From Candidatus Sumerlaeota bacterium (GTDB taxonomy: Bacteria; Sumerlaeota; Sumerlaeia; SLMS01): DNA of 64,000 nt. Numbering within the stretch: position 1 is the first letter of the stretch; every line of letters begins with the position of its first letter. Made by a program: the position numbers and the translations under genes. The stretch spans positions 6,554-70,553 of the forward strand of contig JADLAR010000017.1 of NCBI GenBank assembly GCA_020848155.1. Direction: 5' to 3'. Below are positions 25,073 through 33,145 of this stretch, piece after piece. A model generated the notes under the pieces. That model searched no databases, was not told the DNA's origin, and saw only the letters and a program-made list of their open reading frames with translations.

Positions 25073-26673
25073 GTAAGTCCTTGTTGAGCCATGCGCTTGC
25101 CGTGAACTTCCTCCAAGGCGTGCTCGATTTCGTCAAGCTCCTCCTCAAAGAAGAACTTGTCCGTATCGAGCGGCAGCAGGCGATCCACGCGGTTTTCATG
25201 TTCATCATAGACCGCAAGGAACACCTTGTCCATCCACGCCATGTTGCGCGCTTCGTTGAACTTCAGCGCCAATGCCTTGCGCCCACCAACGGTTGCCTCG
25301 CCCAGGATTGAAAGCTTGCCTGCGGAGGTGGTCATCGTAATGTAGCGCGAGGGGCGATGCAGCGACGCCAGCGACCGGTAAATGAGGTTGGAAATCTTCT
25401 CGATGTCGGCAAGCGGCGCCGCGAAATAGTGATGCTCGCCCGTTGGACGCGCACAATACATCGAGTGAAACCGGATCAGCAGCGTCGCAAGGATGTTCCC
25501 AAGGTCGATCCAGTTCTGTGCAGACCGCTTGATGTCCGTCTTCCCATCCGCGTCCATGAACAGGCTCACGTGATTCATGATGGGGCTTTGGCTGCGCACC
25601 ACCACGCCGTGTGCCTGCAACCGGCGCACCGCCGCGATGGTCGTCGGGTTTAGCAGTTCACGCGGCGTCGAGAAATGCGCCATCCACGACAACTGCACGC
25701 CATTCTCGTGCATGATGTCGAACAGTTCCAGGATCTTGCCGTAGCGCTCGGTCAGAATCATGTCCGGCTGGTACGTCAACGCCCGCGAGGCGATACGGAC
25801 CGTGCGGATGTGCAGCAGCGCCGGATCCTCGATGATCGGCATCACATACTGGCGCATCCGCTCATAGGGCAGGTACCCCGCATCACCACCCGTGATCAGC
25901 AGGTCCGTCACCTCTGTGTGCTTGCGCAGGTAATCGTGGATCTGCGCGATGTCATCCTGGATGAACATGTCCCGGTCACCACGCACCTGGGCATGGCGGA
26001 AGCAATACGTGCAGAACGCAAAACACGTCTGCGTGGACTTGTCGAAAACCAACTGGGTCTGCGGATACTTGTGCTGGCTGCCCTCAACGATCTCGATGCC
26101 ACCATCCTCGCGCTCAAGCCACGGCTTGTTCAGGAGCTGATGCCCATCGTGCGGATTCGTCTGGTCCATGTACTGCTCAACAACGATCGCGCGCGCCTCC
26201 GGTGTTCCCGCCGCCGCATACTTTGCCACGATCTCGGGCCGCATCATTCCCGGCTGGGGAAAGATCAACTGGTACAGGGAATCGTTCTCGTAGCGGCTCC
26301 AGTTGATCGCGTTCAGAATGTGACTCGTCGCCTTGAATCGATACACCTCCACGAACAATTCGCGCTCGATGACATTGCCAAGGTGTATGCCGTTCTCCCT
26401 CAGGACCCCCAACACACGGCGAAAGCCCTCCAGCCCCTCATACTGGGCCCGTTCCGGAAACAGGACGGCACTCGTTTCCATCAAACCCGACAGGTGGGGA
26501 TACGTCGCGTGCAGGCGCGCCAGCAGCCCCCGTGGCAGTAGACGCTCGCGCTGGATGATGGCGCGAATTTCCTGCGGATAGCCATAGCGCTCCATCATCG
26601 CCTCGATATCGGACTCGGTCATCCTGGCCGAAATCGTGTCCTGCGGCGATGGAAGCGTGGTACTCTTATTCAT
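25069..26673 (-). CDS. KamA-family radical-SAM aminomutase (lysine/glutamate 2,3-aminomutase-like) with a ~130-aa N-terminal extension
   Basis: The Cx3Cx2C cluster CFAFCTYCFRH and downstream KamA-family blocks are present. The start is placed at MNKSTT (26673); the track ORF extends to 26781. It overlaps the CoA-transferase A start by 4 bp. Confidence 0.8.
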   Translation of the reverse strand: MNKSTTLPSPQDTISARMTESDIEAMMERYGYPQEIRAIIQRERLLPRGLLARLHATYPHLSGLMETSAVLFPERAQYEGLEGFRRVLGVLRENGIHLGNVIERELFVEVYRFKATSHILNAINWSRYENDSLYQLIFPQPGMMRPEIVAKYAAAGTPEARAIVVEQYMDQTNPHDGHQLLNKPWLEREDGGIEIVEGSQHKYPQTQLVFDKSTQTCFAFCTYCFRHAQVRGDRDMFIQDDIAQIHDYLRKHTEVTDLLITGGDAGYLPYERMRQYVMPIIEDPALLHIRTVRIASRALTYQPDMILTERYGKILELFDIMHENGVQLSWMAHFSTPRELLNPTTIAAVRRLQAHGVVVRSQSPIMNHVSLFMDADGKTDIKRSAQNWIDLGNILATLLIRFHSMYCARPTGEHHYFAAPLADIEKISNLIYRSLASLHRPSRYITMTTSAGKLSILGEATVGGRKALALKFNEARNMAWMDKVFLAVYDEHENRVDRLLPLDTDKFFFEEELDEIEHALEEVHGKRMAQQGLT

Positions 26674-26804
26674 GATAGAAACTCCGGTGCTCAGCTTAAA
26701 AAACCACGGGCAACGATACGATCGTTCGCTCCAACCCTTGCGGTGCGCAAGGAGAAACGGAATCCCCGCCTCGGAACGCACAACAAGCCCCGGTAGAAAT
26801 CGAC

Positions 26805-26895
26805 AGGCCCGGGCAAGTACCCCACAGGCCGCGAACTACAAGAACCCTCACCCCCCGTGGTACAAAATATGGGGTGAGGATCAGCGTCACATCAT
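26805..26895. repeat. Left copy of an imperfect inverted repeat flanking the DUF4411/ImmA cassette; contains a 9-bp-stem hairpin
   Basis: 26817-26875 (gtaccccacaggccgcgaactacaagaaccctcaccccccgtggtacaaaatatggggtg) matches the reverse complement of 28889-28945 at about 48 of 59 positions. An internal hairpin pairs cctcacccc (26846-26854) with ggggtgagg (26871-26879). Confidence 0.55.
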
Positions 26896-27033
26896 GGTTG
26901 ATAGCGAGGGGTGCACAAATGAGGGCTGGTCACACGCGCTCGCGATCGTAAGACTCGCAGTTGATGGTCAGATAGCCATTCCCGAGGAGGTGCTCCTCTA
27001 TGACGGATTCAAAGGCCAGTTCTGAGGTCCGCT

Positions 27034-27528
27034 TTATATAGCCCGCCCCAGAACGAATCTTGCGCGCTCTCGACGCAGCATCTCATACGGGGTTACGCAG
27101 GTGATCCCCAACCCAATGCAGACATCGGGGATCTTGATCTTCCGGATCGAGGACGAAGGAACTTCATGCGTCACCACGATGTGGCCGCCTGCGTGCGCCT
27201 GCGCGGCAAGGTAGTAGTCCGCCACTTGGAGGAAGTTGGCGATGGCTGCGGGCTCGTAGTGCCGGCCGGTTGTCCATTCGCTCACCGACCGAAATGACGG
27301 CGCGACTGTCCCGTCTGGCGGCACGAAGAACGAAGGTCCTCGCACGTCCGCCCATTCGGACAGTTCGTCCTCAACATCACGCAACTCGTAGCCCACTTTC
27401 TCCACGCTGAAGACCGAGCCTGCGCGGTGACGCTCGACGAGCCACTCCCAGAAGGCCGGACAGAAGTCGAACCCATAGTGGAGATTCTTTGCGCTGATGA
27501 AGACGTTGGCGTCGAGGAGGTATGCCAT
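27034..27528 (-). CDS. DUF4411-family protein, predicted PIN-like nuclease domain
   Basis: 164 aa beginning MAYLLDANVFISAKNLHYGFDFCPAFWEWL..., the typical DUF4411 N-terminus with a PIN-like acidic D in LLDAN. It lies 1 bp downstream of the XRE-ImmA gene. Confidence 0.7.
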   Translation of the reverse strand: MAYLLDANVFISAKNLHYGFDFCPAFWEWLVERHRAGSVFSVEKVGYELRDVEDELSEWADVRGPSFFVPPDGTVAPSFRSVSEWTTGRHYEPAAIANFLQVADYYLAAQAHAGGHIVVTHEVPSSSIRKIKIPDVCIGLGITCVTPYEMLRRERARFVLGRAI

Positions 27529-27529
27529 T

Positions 27530-28678
27530 TCAGAACCTCATTCCAAACCCGGCGCTCAGGCGGCGAAACGTCGACATCTTCCTGAAGCCGAGCATTCGGA
27601 ATGCCTCGGTGAAACTCGAACGCCCCTCCAATGTGCTAACTACCACGGCCCGCGCGAATCGCTTGCCAACCCGGGCGCCGAGCGTGTTGTAAAAGCTCCC
27701 CCCACCCTCCGTCTGAGCGGAGAGCGCTTGAAGCCGAGCGAGTTCCGCCCGAAAGGCGGTCCTGTAATCTTCGCGAGACAGCCCTCCAGCATCGTGGATT
27801 CGACGCAGAATGACAAGCCTGCTGACCTTGAAGACCCGCGCCAGACGATCAAGCTCCCCGGGCAATTCCGCAGCGGGGTTGTAGGTCCTGCGGAACACCA
27901 GCATCGGAACCAGCAGTTCCGCTGCGACCGCGTCGCACCAACGCTCGACATTGTGGCTGGGGGCCGTTGTCAGTTCCACATCAGAAAGCGCAGATTGTCC
28001 GACCCAAATGTGCGCGAGTTCGTGGGCGAGGGTGAACATCTGCGCGGACTTTGTATCCGACCCATTCACGAAGACTAGCGGCGCGTTCGCATCGACCAGA
28101 GCGAACCCCCTAAACTCCTTTGGGTTGAGCTTGCGATGATTGTCGCTTCCGACCACTCCGCTGACCATCACCAGCACTCCCGCAGCGTCCACCAGTTCGA
28201 TGAACCGCCGCAGGGCATCGGTCCAATTCGACATCCGGCTTCGCTCCTCCAAGTCAAAACTGAGTGTCGCCCGCATTTGGGCCGCTGTTTCCACCACATC
28301 ATTGTTCGGGGAGGCGGAGCCGACAAATGGGATTGGCGGTTCCCCCACCGTCCGGGCGAATTCGCGATACCAATCCTGGCGCTGTTGACAGAGATAGATC
28401 GTGTCCAACAGGTCGGGGCTGGGTGCGGTGAAGCGCTCGCCGGGCATCGTTCGGAAATCGGGGACGGGGATTTGTTCCTGCGGAGGTTCCGCGAGGAAAA
28501 GATAACCAACCGGCACATGCACGGCCTTGGCAAAACTTTCCAACTGCTTCATCGTGGGCATGGCCTCGCCACGCTCCCACATCGGCAGCTTGGCGAATCG
28601 CCCGGCGAGCGATTCGAGGTCATGCCCGGTGCGTTCCCGCGCCCAGCGGAGGAGTCCTGGCTGTACTTCTACACGCAT
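27530..28678 (-). CDS. XRE-family HTH domain fused to an ImmA/IrrE-family zinc metallopeptidase
   Basis: An N-terminal HTH-like region is followed by the HEXXH motif HELAHIW and conserved ImmA/IrrE blocks (FTLAHELAH ... ERWCDAVAAELLVP). The start is assigned to MRVEVQ (28678); the track ORF extends to 28705. Confidence 0.8.
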   Translation of the reverse strand: MRVEVQPGLLRWARERTGHDLESLAGRFAKLPMWERGEAMPTMKQLESFAKAVHVPVGYLFLAEPPQEQIPVPDFRTMPGERFTAPSPDLLDTIYLCQQRQDWYREFARTVGEPPIPFVGSASPNNDVVETAAQMRATLSFDLEERSRMSNWTDALRRFIELVDAAGVLVMVSGVVGSDNHRKLNPKEFRGFALVDANAPLVFVNGSDTKSAQMFTLAHELAHIWVGQSALSDVELTTAPSHNVERWCDAVAAELLVPMLVFRRTYNPAAELPGELDRLARVFKVSRLVILRRIHDAGGLSREDYRTAFRAELARLQALSAQTEGGGSFYNTLGARVGKRFARAVVVSTLEGRSSFTEAFRMLGFRKMSTFRRLSAGFGMRF

Positions 28679-28857
28679 CACGCTGGCATTACGCCTTCCT
28701 TGCACCTTATGTCCACCCTACCTTTCCTTATCCACGCGCCACAGAGTTCGCGTCCCAACTCCGCCTGGGATGCCCTTCGGCGAGTTCATGCCGCACCACG
28801 TCGAAAGTAAATCAAGCCAAGAGTTCGGTCGCGGGACTCGTCCTTGGCTCGGTAGAA

Positions 28858-28950
28858 GACCCACATCCTCAGGGTGGGATATGTGATGCCCCCTTTTTCT
28901 GTACCATGGGGAGTGAGGGTTTTCGTGGTTCGCGGCCGGTGGGGCGCGGG
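28858..28950. repeat. Right copy, in inverted orientation, of the repeat flanking the DUF4411/ImmA cassette
   Basis: The reverse complement of 28889-28945 is ~80% identical to 26817-26875. The hairpin is degraded to a 4-5-bp stem in this copy. Confidence 0.55.
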
Positions 28951-29165
28951 GCCGTGGCGGTCTCCCCTGCGTTCATTTTGGGCAAGGTCAGGCTGGCAGC
29001 AAGCGTTGCGGCTGTCAAGTAGCCCAGCCAGGAGTGGGGCGGTGCTTGTTGCATGCCTCGCGCCGGTCGCCGCCGATCACGCCAATGTCCTTCATGCCGG
29101 TGTTTTCCCCTAGCGGCATGGCCCCTTACCCGGTAGGCACCTGCTATTCCTGATCAGGAGACTGG

Positions 29166-31541
29166 GTGAGCTTGAGTTTCATCAGACATTTCTGCCTGGC
29201 AACCGTCCTTCCCGGATTGTTGCTCGCGTCTCCATCCGTTTTCGCCCAGGACGCCGCACGTTCCCCCGCCTCCTCCATCACGGCGCTGGCTCCATCGCGC
29301 GAGGCCCTGCCCCCCAATGGGGCGCAAATCCGGGATATTCGCGTGGAGGGTGCCAACCGCGTTTCCCCGAACGAGATCCTGGCCCGCATGGAACTGCGCG
29401 CCAACGGTGCCTTCGATGCGGACGCGTATCGCCGCGATCTTCAGTCCATTTCCGATTCGGGAAAGATCAATCCGCTCACGCTGAGGATCGATTGGGAGAC
29501 GGCACCCGATGGCGCGGTGAACCTGATCGTGCACGTGCAGGAAAATCCCGTCATCAACACCATCACGATCGTTGGCAATGATCGCTTCAGCCAGAAGACG
29601 CTGATCGCGCAGCTCGACTACAAGATCGGCGATGTGGTGCCGACGGCGGTGCGCTCCTCCACCGTTCGCAATTTTGAAAATTTTTACAAGAATGGTGGAT
29701 ACAAGGCATCGAAGATCACCGTGACCAGCGAGCCGGTTGCGGATGCGCCCGGGGCGGTGGACATCCTCATTGTCATCGACGAAGGCATCCGTGTGAAAGT
29801 CCGCAGCCTTGTCATCAATGGGAACAGGCATTTCAGCGACTTCTATATTTCGACGCAGTTGACCAACGCCCGCGGCATCCTGTTCTTCAACAACTACTTT
29901 GATGAATCGGCGATGGAGGACGACCTGGCCATCGTGCGCGGGATGTATGAAAGCGCAGGGTTCCTTGATGTGAAGGTCTCCCGCAGCGGCCTCGTTTACA
30001 ACGAGGACAAGAAAGCCGTCACGGTGATGATCGACGTTGTGGAAGGGCCGCGCTACACGGTTACCGGCGTCAGGACGGAGGGTGTGACATCGCTGACGCG
30101 TTCCGAAATCGACAAGAGCACGGTTGAGCTTCCGCGTCGCCACTTCAATGGCAAGCGCCTGGCAAAGGCGCTTGATCGCGTTCGCCGAATCTACGGCGAC
30201 CAGGGCTACGTGGACAACGAGGTCAGCTACCGACTCGACAAAAGCCCGGAGAACCAGACGGTTTCGATCGTCATGCAGGTGGCCGAGGCCCCCGTCGTCT
30301 ACGTCGGGCAGGTGCGCATGAAAAAAGAGGAGTATCCCTACAATGTGGACTCCAAGCCCCTGAGCAAGTTCATCGGTTGGTTTGCGCCGCCAACAAAGGA
30401 TGAAACGGTGATGCGGGAGGTTCGGCTGAAGCCGGGCCAAAAATACCGCAGCGCGGATGAAGTGCGCACCATCGAGCGGCTCAAGAACCTTGGCATCTTC
30501 CGGCGGGTGGAGGTGAATCGCGATCCCACAGCGCAACCAAGTGTGCGCGACGCGGTTGTGAACGTGGAGCAGGACCCCAACGCGGCCTTCATTGGCGCGA
30601 TGGCCGGCATCGGCGAATCGTCCGGCCCGGCGCTCACCGTGCAACTGATGCAGCCGAATTTCAACGGGCGCGCCGATCGCTTCAATGCTTCGGCGACCAT
30701 TGGAACACGCAGCCTTGGCTATCGCATTGGCTTCTTCGATCGCTATCTGGGCGATTCGGACACGTCGATGGATACGAACCTGTACTACCTGACGGATCGC
30801 TATCGCGAGTACCGCGAAAGGACGCTCGGCGCATCGACTGAGTTTGGCCGTCCGCTGAGCGAGTATGTGCGTGGGTACCTTAGGTTCCGCGCGGAATACG
30901 TCAGTTATTCGGACTTTGATGAGGACGAGACGGAGGAGGATTTTGGCAGCTATCCGGTGTTGGCGGTGCGCCCCTCGGTGGTGTACGACCGGCGCGACAA
31001 TGCTGCCTGGGCAACGCGCGGATACCTGGTGGGTGGTGGCATCGAGACGGGCATGGCGGATGGCTTCCTGCTGAAGTTCATGCACAGTTACGAATGGTAC
31101 AAGAAGCCGTTCGAGCGGAACGACCTGATCTACGCGTATGAGCACACGGTGGGGCTGATGCCATACGATGCGACAAACATCGGATTGAGCGAGCGCTTCT
31201 TCGTGGGCGGCTCGGGAAGCCTGCGGGGCTTCCAGTATCGCGAAGTCGGCCCGCGCGATCGCAAGAATGAGGACCTGGCCATCGGTGGTGCCACGCGCAT
31301 CACGCAGCGCCACGAGCTGCGCTATCCCTTCAATGACTTCATCAAGGGACGTGTCTTCACGGACTTTGCGATCCTTGAGCGCGGCCCGTTTGCGCTGGGC
31401 ACACCGCGCATGGGCAGCGGCGTCGGCGTGATCCTGGACTTCGGCGCGATCACTGCGGAGGTCGACCTTGCGGTGCCGGTGATCAGGAAGAGCACCGACA
31501 AGGCGCAGTATTTCCACATCCGGGTTGGTAGCGGCTTCTGA
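29166..31541 (+). CDS. bamA: Outer membrane protein assembly factor BamA (Omp85) with POTRA domains
   Basis: 791 aa with a signal peptide, POTRA-repeat regions and a C-terminal beta-barrel that ends HIRVGSGF with a terminal aromatic residue. Confidence 0.9.
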   Translation: MSLSFIRHFCLATVLPGLLLASPSVFAQDAARSPASSITALAPSREALPPNGAQIRDIRVEGANRVSPNEILARMELRANGAFDADAYRRDLQSISDSGKINPLTLRIDWETAPDGAVNLIVHVQENPVINTITIVGNDRFSQKTLIAQLDYKIGDVVPTAVRSSTVRNFENFYKNGGYKASKITVTSEPVADAPGAVDILIVIDEGIRVKVRSLVINGNRHFSDFYISTQLTNARGILFFNNYFDESAMEDDLAIVRGMYESAGFLDVKVSRSGLVYNEDKKAVTVMIDVVEGPRYTVTGVRTEGVTSLTRSEIDKSTVELPRRHFNGKRLAKALDRVRRIYGDQGYVDNEVSYRLDKSPENQTVSIVMQVAEAPVVYVGQVRMKKEEYPYNVDSKPLSKFIGWFAPPTKDETVMREVRLKPGQKYRSADEVRTIERLKNLGIFRRVEVNRDPTAQPSVRDAVVNVEQDPNAAFIGAMAGIGESSGPALTVQLMQPNFNGRADRFNASATIGTRSLGYRIGFFDRYLGDSDTSMDTNLYYLTDRYREYRERTLGASTEFGRPLSEYVRGYLRFRAEYVSYSDFDEDETEEDFGSYPVLAVRPSVVYDRRDNAAWATRGYLVGGGIETGMADGFLLKFMHSYEWYKKPFERNDLIYAYEHTVGLMPYDATNIGLSERFFVGGSGSLRGFQYREVGPRDRKNEDLAIGGATRITQRHELRYPFNDFIKGRVFTDFAILERGPFALGTPRMGSGVGVILDFGAITAEVDLAVPVIRKSTDKAQYFHIRVGSGF

Positions 31542-31615
31542 GCGAGCGCGGCGCCGCCGGGCCTGGGGACGCGAAGCCCGCCGCGCAGGATGAGGCGCAG
31601 GGACGCTCGCAACGC

Positions 31616-33142
31616 GTGATGGGCGCGGCGGGAAAAATGTCCGGCGCGATGGGGATCGGATTTTTTGTCAACCTTGTCGGAAACCTTTTCCTCGCGCGGA
31701 TCCTGCAAACAGCGGAGATGCTGGGTGTCTGGCGTTCGCTGCAACTCCTTCTCCAGTACGCATTCTTCCTGAACCTCGGCGCCTCGCACGGCCTGGATCG
31801 CGTTGGGCCTACGATGGTTTCGCGCGGGCAATTGGTGCGCTATCGCCGCGCCATGGGCGCATCGCTGGGTTTCAGCCTGGTGCTTCCGATCATCGCCAGC
31901 ATCGTGCTGGGGTGCGCTATTCCGTTCCTGCAATCCGTGCCCGTTCAAATGGGCGCCATCGCGCTCGTAATCCTCATGCCGCTCCAGCAATTCTACATCT
32001 TCGGCGACCTGGCGTTGATGTATGAAAAGAAGTATGGCACGCGCGCCAAGGCCACGTTCGGCTACACAATGCTGCGCATCCCGCTCATGCTGTTGCTGGC
32101 GTGGTGGATTGGCTTGGCGGGTGCGCTGATCGCCTACATTGCCAGTGTCATCGCCGTGTCTGTTTACTTCATTTACAAGAGCGAAATGCGTCTTCAGCTC
32201 TCGCTGCACAGGCGCTTTGCAAGGAGCCTGCTGCTGTCGGGCCTGCCAATCACGCTGTTGTCGTTTGGCGACATGGCGATCCAGACGGTCGACAAGTGGA
32301 TGGTGCTTCTGCTGGGCCATGAAACAGCGATGGGGCTTTACACGATGGCGATCTTTCCACTGCCGCTCCTGATGCTGCTGCCGGCGTCGCTGCGTGACGC
32401 AATGAATGTGGAGATCTTCGACCACGCGCGGCAAAAGGGTGGCGCGGAGGGCGTGCGCGCGCTGTACAGCCACACGCTGCAAATCATGGCGCTGGGATCG
32501 CCGGTGGTCATGGGGACGATCTTTTACGGCGTGCCATGGCTGATCAAGGCGATGCTGCCGGCGGACATGCATCCCTCAATTCCCGCGGTGGAACTGCACG
32601 CGGTCGTGGTCTACCCCCTGCTGATCGTTCAAACGGGACTGGCGGTGCTGATCACGTCGCGGCTGGAAATCAAGTCGTTCTTCATCATCAGCGCCCTCGC
32701 GCTGTTTTCCGCCGCTGTCACGTGGGTACTGTTCCGCCATGGCGGCTTCATTCCGCCGGAAGCCCCGGATGATCCGATGCACACGCGCGAGCAGGCGATT
32801 CTGAAACTGGTGCTGGTTGTCCACGCGTGCGTGTGGTCGGCCTATGCGTTGTTCATGCTGACGCTGAACCATGTGAAGTTTGGCGTCGCAATGGGGACGT
32901 CGATGATGCGGGCGGTGGCCTACCTGTGCCCGATGATCGTGTCTGGAATCGCACTCTACGGAATCCAGTGGATGATGAAACAATCGCCGCTGCCGCCGTA
33001 CACGCTTGCAAACGCGGCGATCAGCGGCCTGCTTTACCTGATTGTGTGTGCGCCCGGCGTGATCTACTTGGAGAAGCGCTACGGGTCGGTGAGCGGATTC
33101 CTTGCGGCCGTGAAGCGCCGCATCCCCGGCATCGGTTCCTAG
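31616..33142 (+). CDS. Polysaccharide/oligosaccharide flippase, MOP superfamily (Wzx/MurJ-like)
   Basis: 508 aa, predicted ~12-14 TM helices, with the general sequence character of Wzx-type polysaccharide biosynthesis proteins. Confidence 0.6.
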   Translation: MMGAAGKMSGAMGIGFFVNLVGNLFLARILQTAEMLGVWRSLQLLLQYAFFLNLGASHGLDRVGPTMVSRGQLVRYRRAMGASLGFSLVLPIIASIVLGCAIPFLQSVPVQMGAIALVILMPLQQFYIFGDLALMYEKKYGTRAKATFGYTMLRIPLMLLLAWWIGLAGALIAYIASVIAVSVYFIYKSEMRLQLSLHRRFARSLLLSGLPITLLSFGDMAIQTVDKWMVLLLGHETAMGLYTMAIFPLPLLMLLPASLRDAMNVEIFDHARQKGGAEGVRALYSHTLQIMALGSPVVMGTIFYGVPWLIKAMLPADMHPSIPAVELHAVVVYPLLIVQTGLAVLITSRLEIKSFFIISALALFSAAVTWVLFRHGGFIPPEAPDDPMHTREQAILKLVLVVHACVWSAYALFMLTLNHVKFGVAMGTSMMRAVAYLCPMIVSGIALYGIQWMMKQSPLPPYTLANAAISGLLYLIVCAPGVIYLEKRYGSVSGFLAAVKRRIPGIGS

Positions 33143-33145
33143 GCG

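Noticed and set aside
26696-26890. Track ORFs 26696..26890(-) and 28874..29113(+), which have strikingly similar peptides
   Set aside because: The similarity arises from the inverted DNA repeat being translated in equivalent frames. Neither ORF has a plausible start context or domain, so they are not treated as a duplicated small protein.
29154-31517. 787-aa minus-strand ORF spanning almost the entire bamA gene. Similar long antisense ORFs are 5945..7564(-), 7922..9163(-), 10713..11780(-), 12489..13631(-), 53714..54778(-) and 48357..49121(+).
   Set aside because: Every one lies antisense to a gene with clear, family-level protein similarity (BamA, HtrA/MoxR, DUF58, BatA/B, BatC/D, CstA, GT-C). 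Their translations are Arg/Ala/Gly/His-rich junk of the kind high-GC genomes produce, with long stop-free antisense frames.
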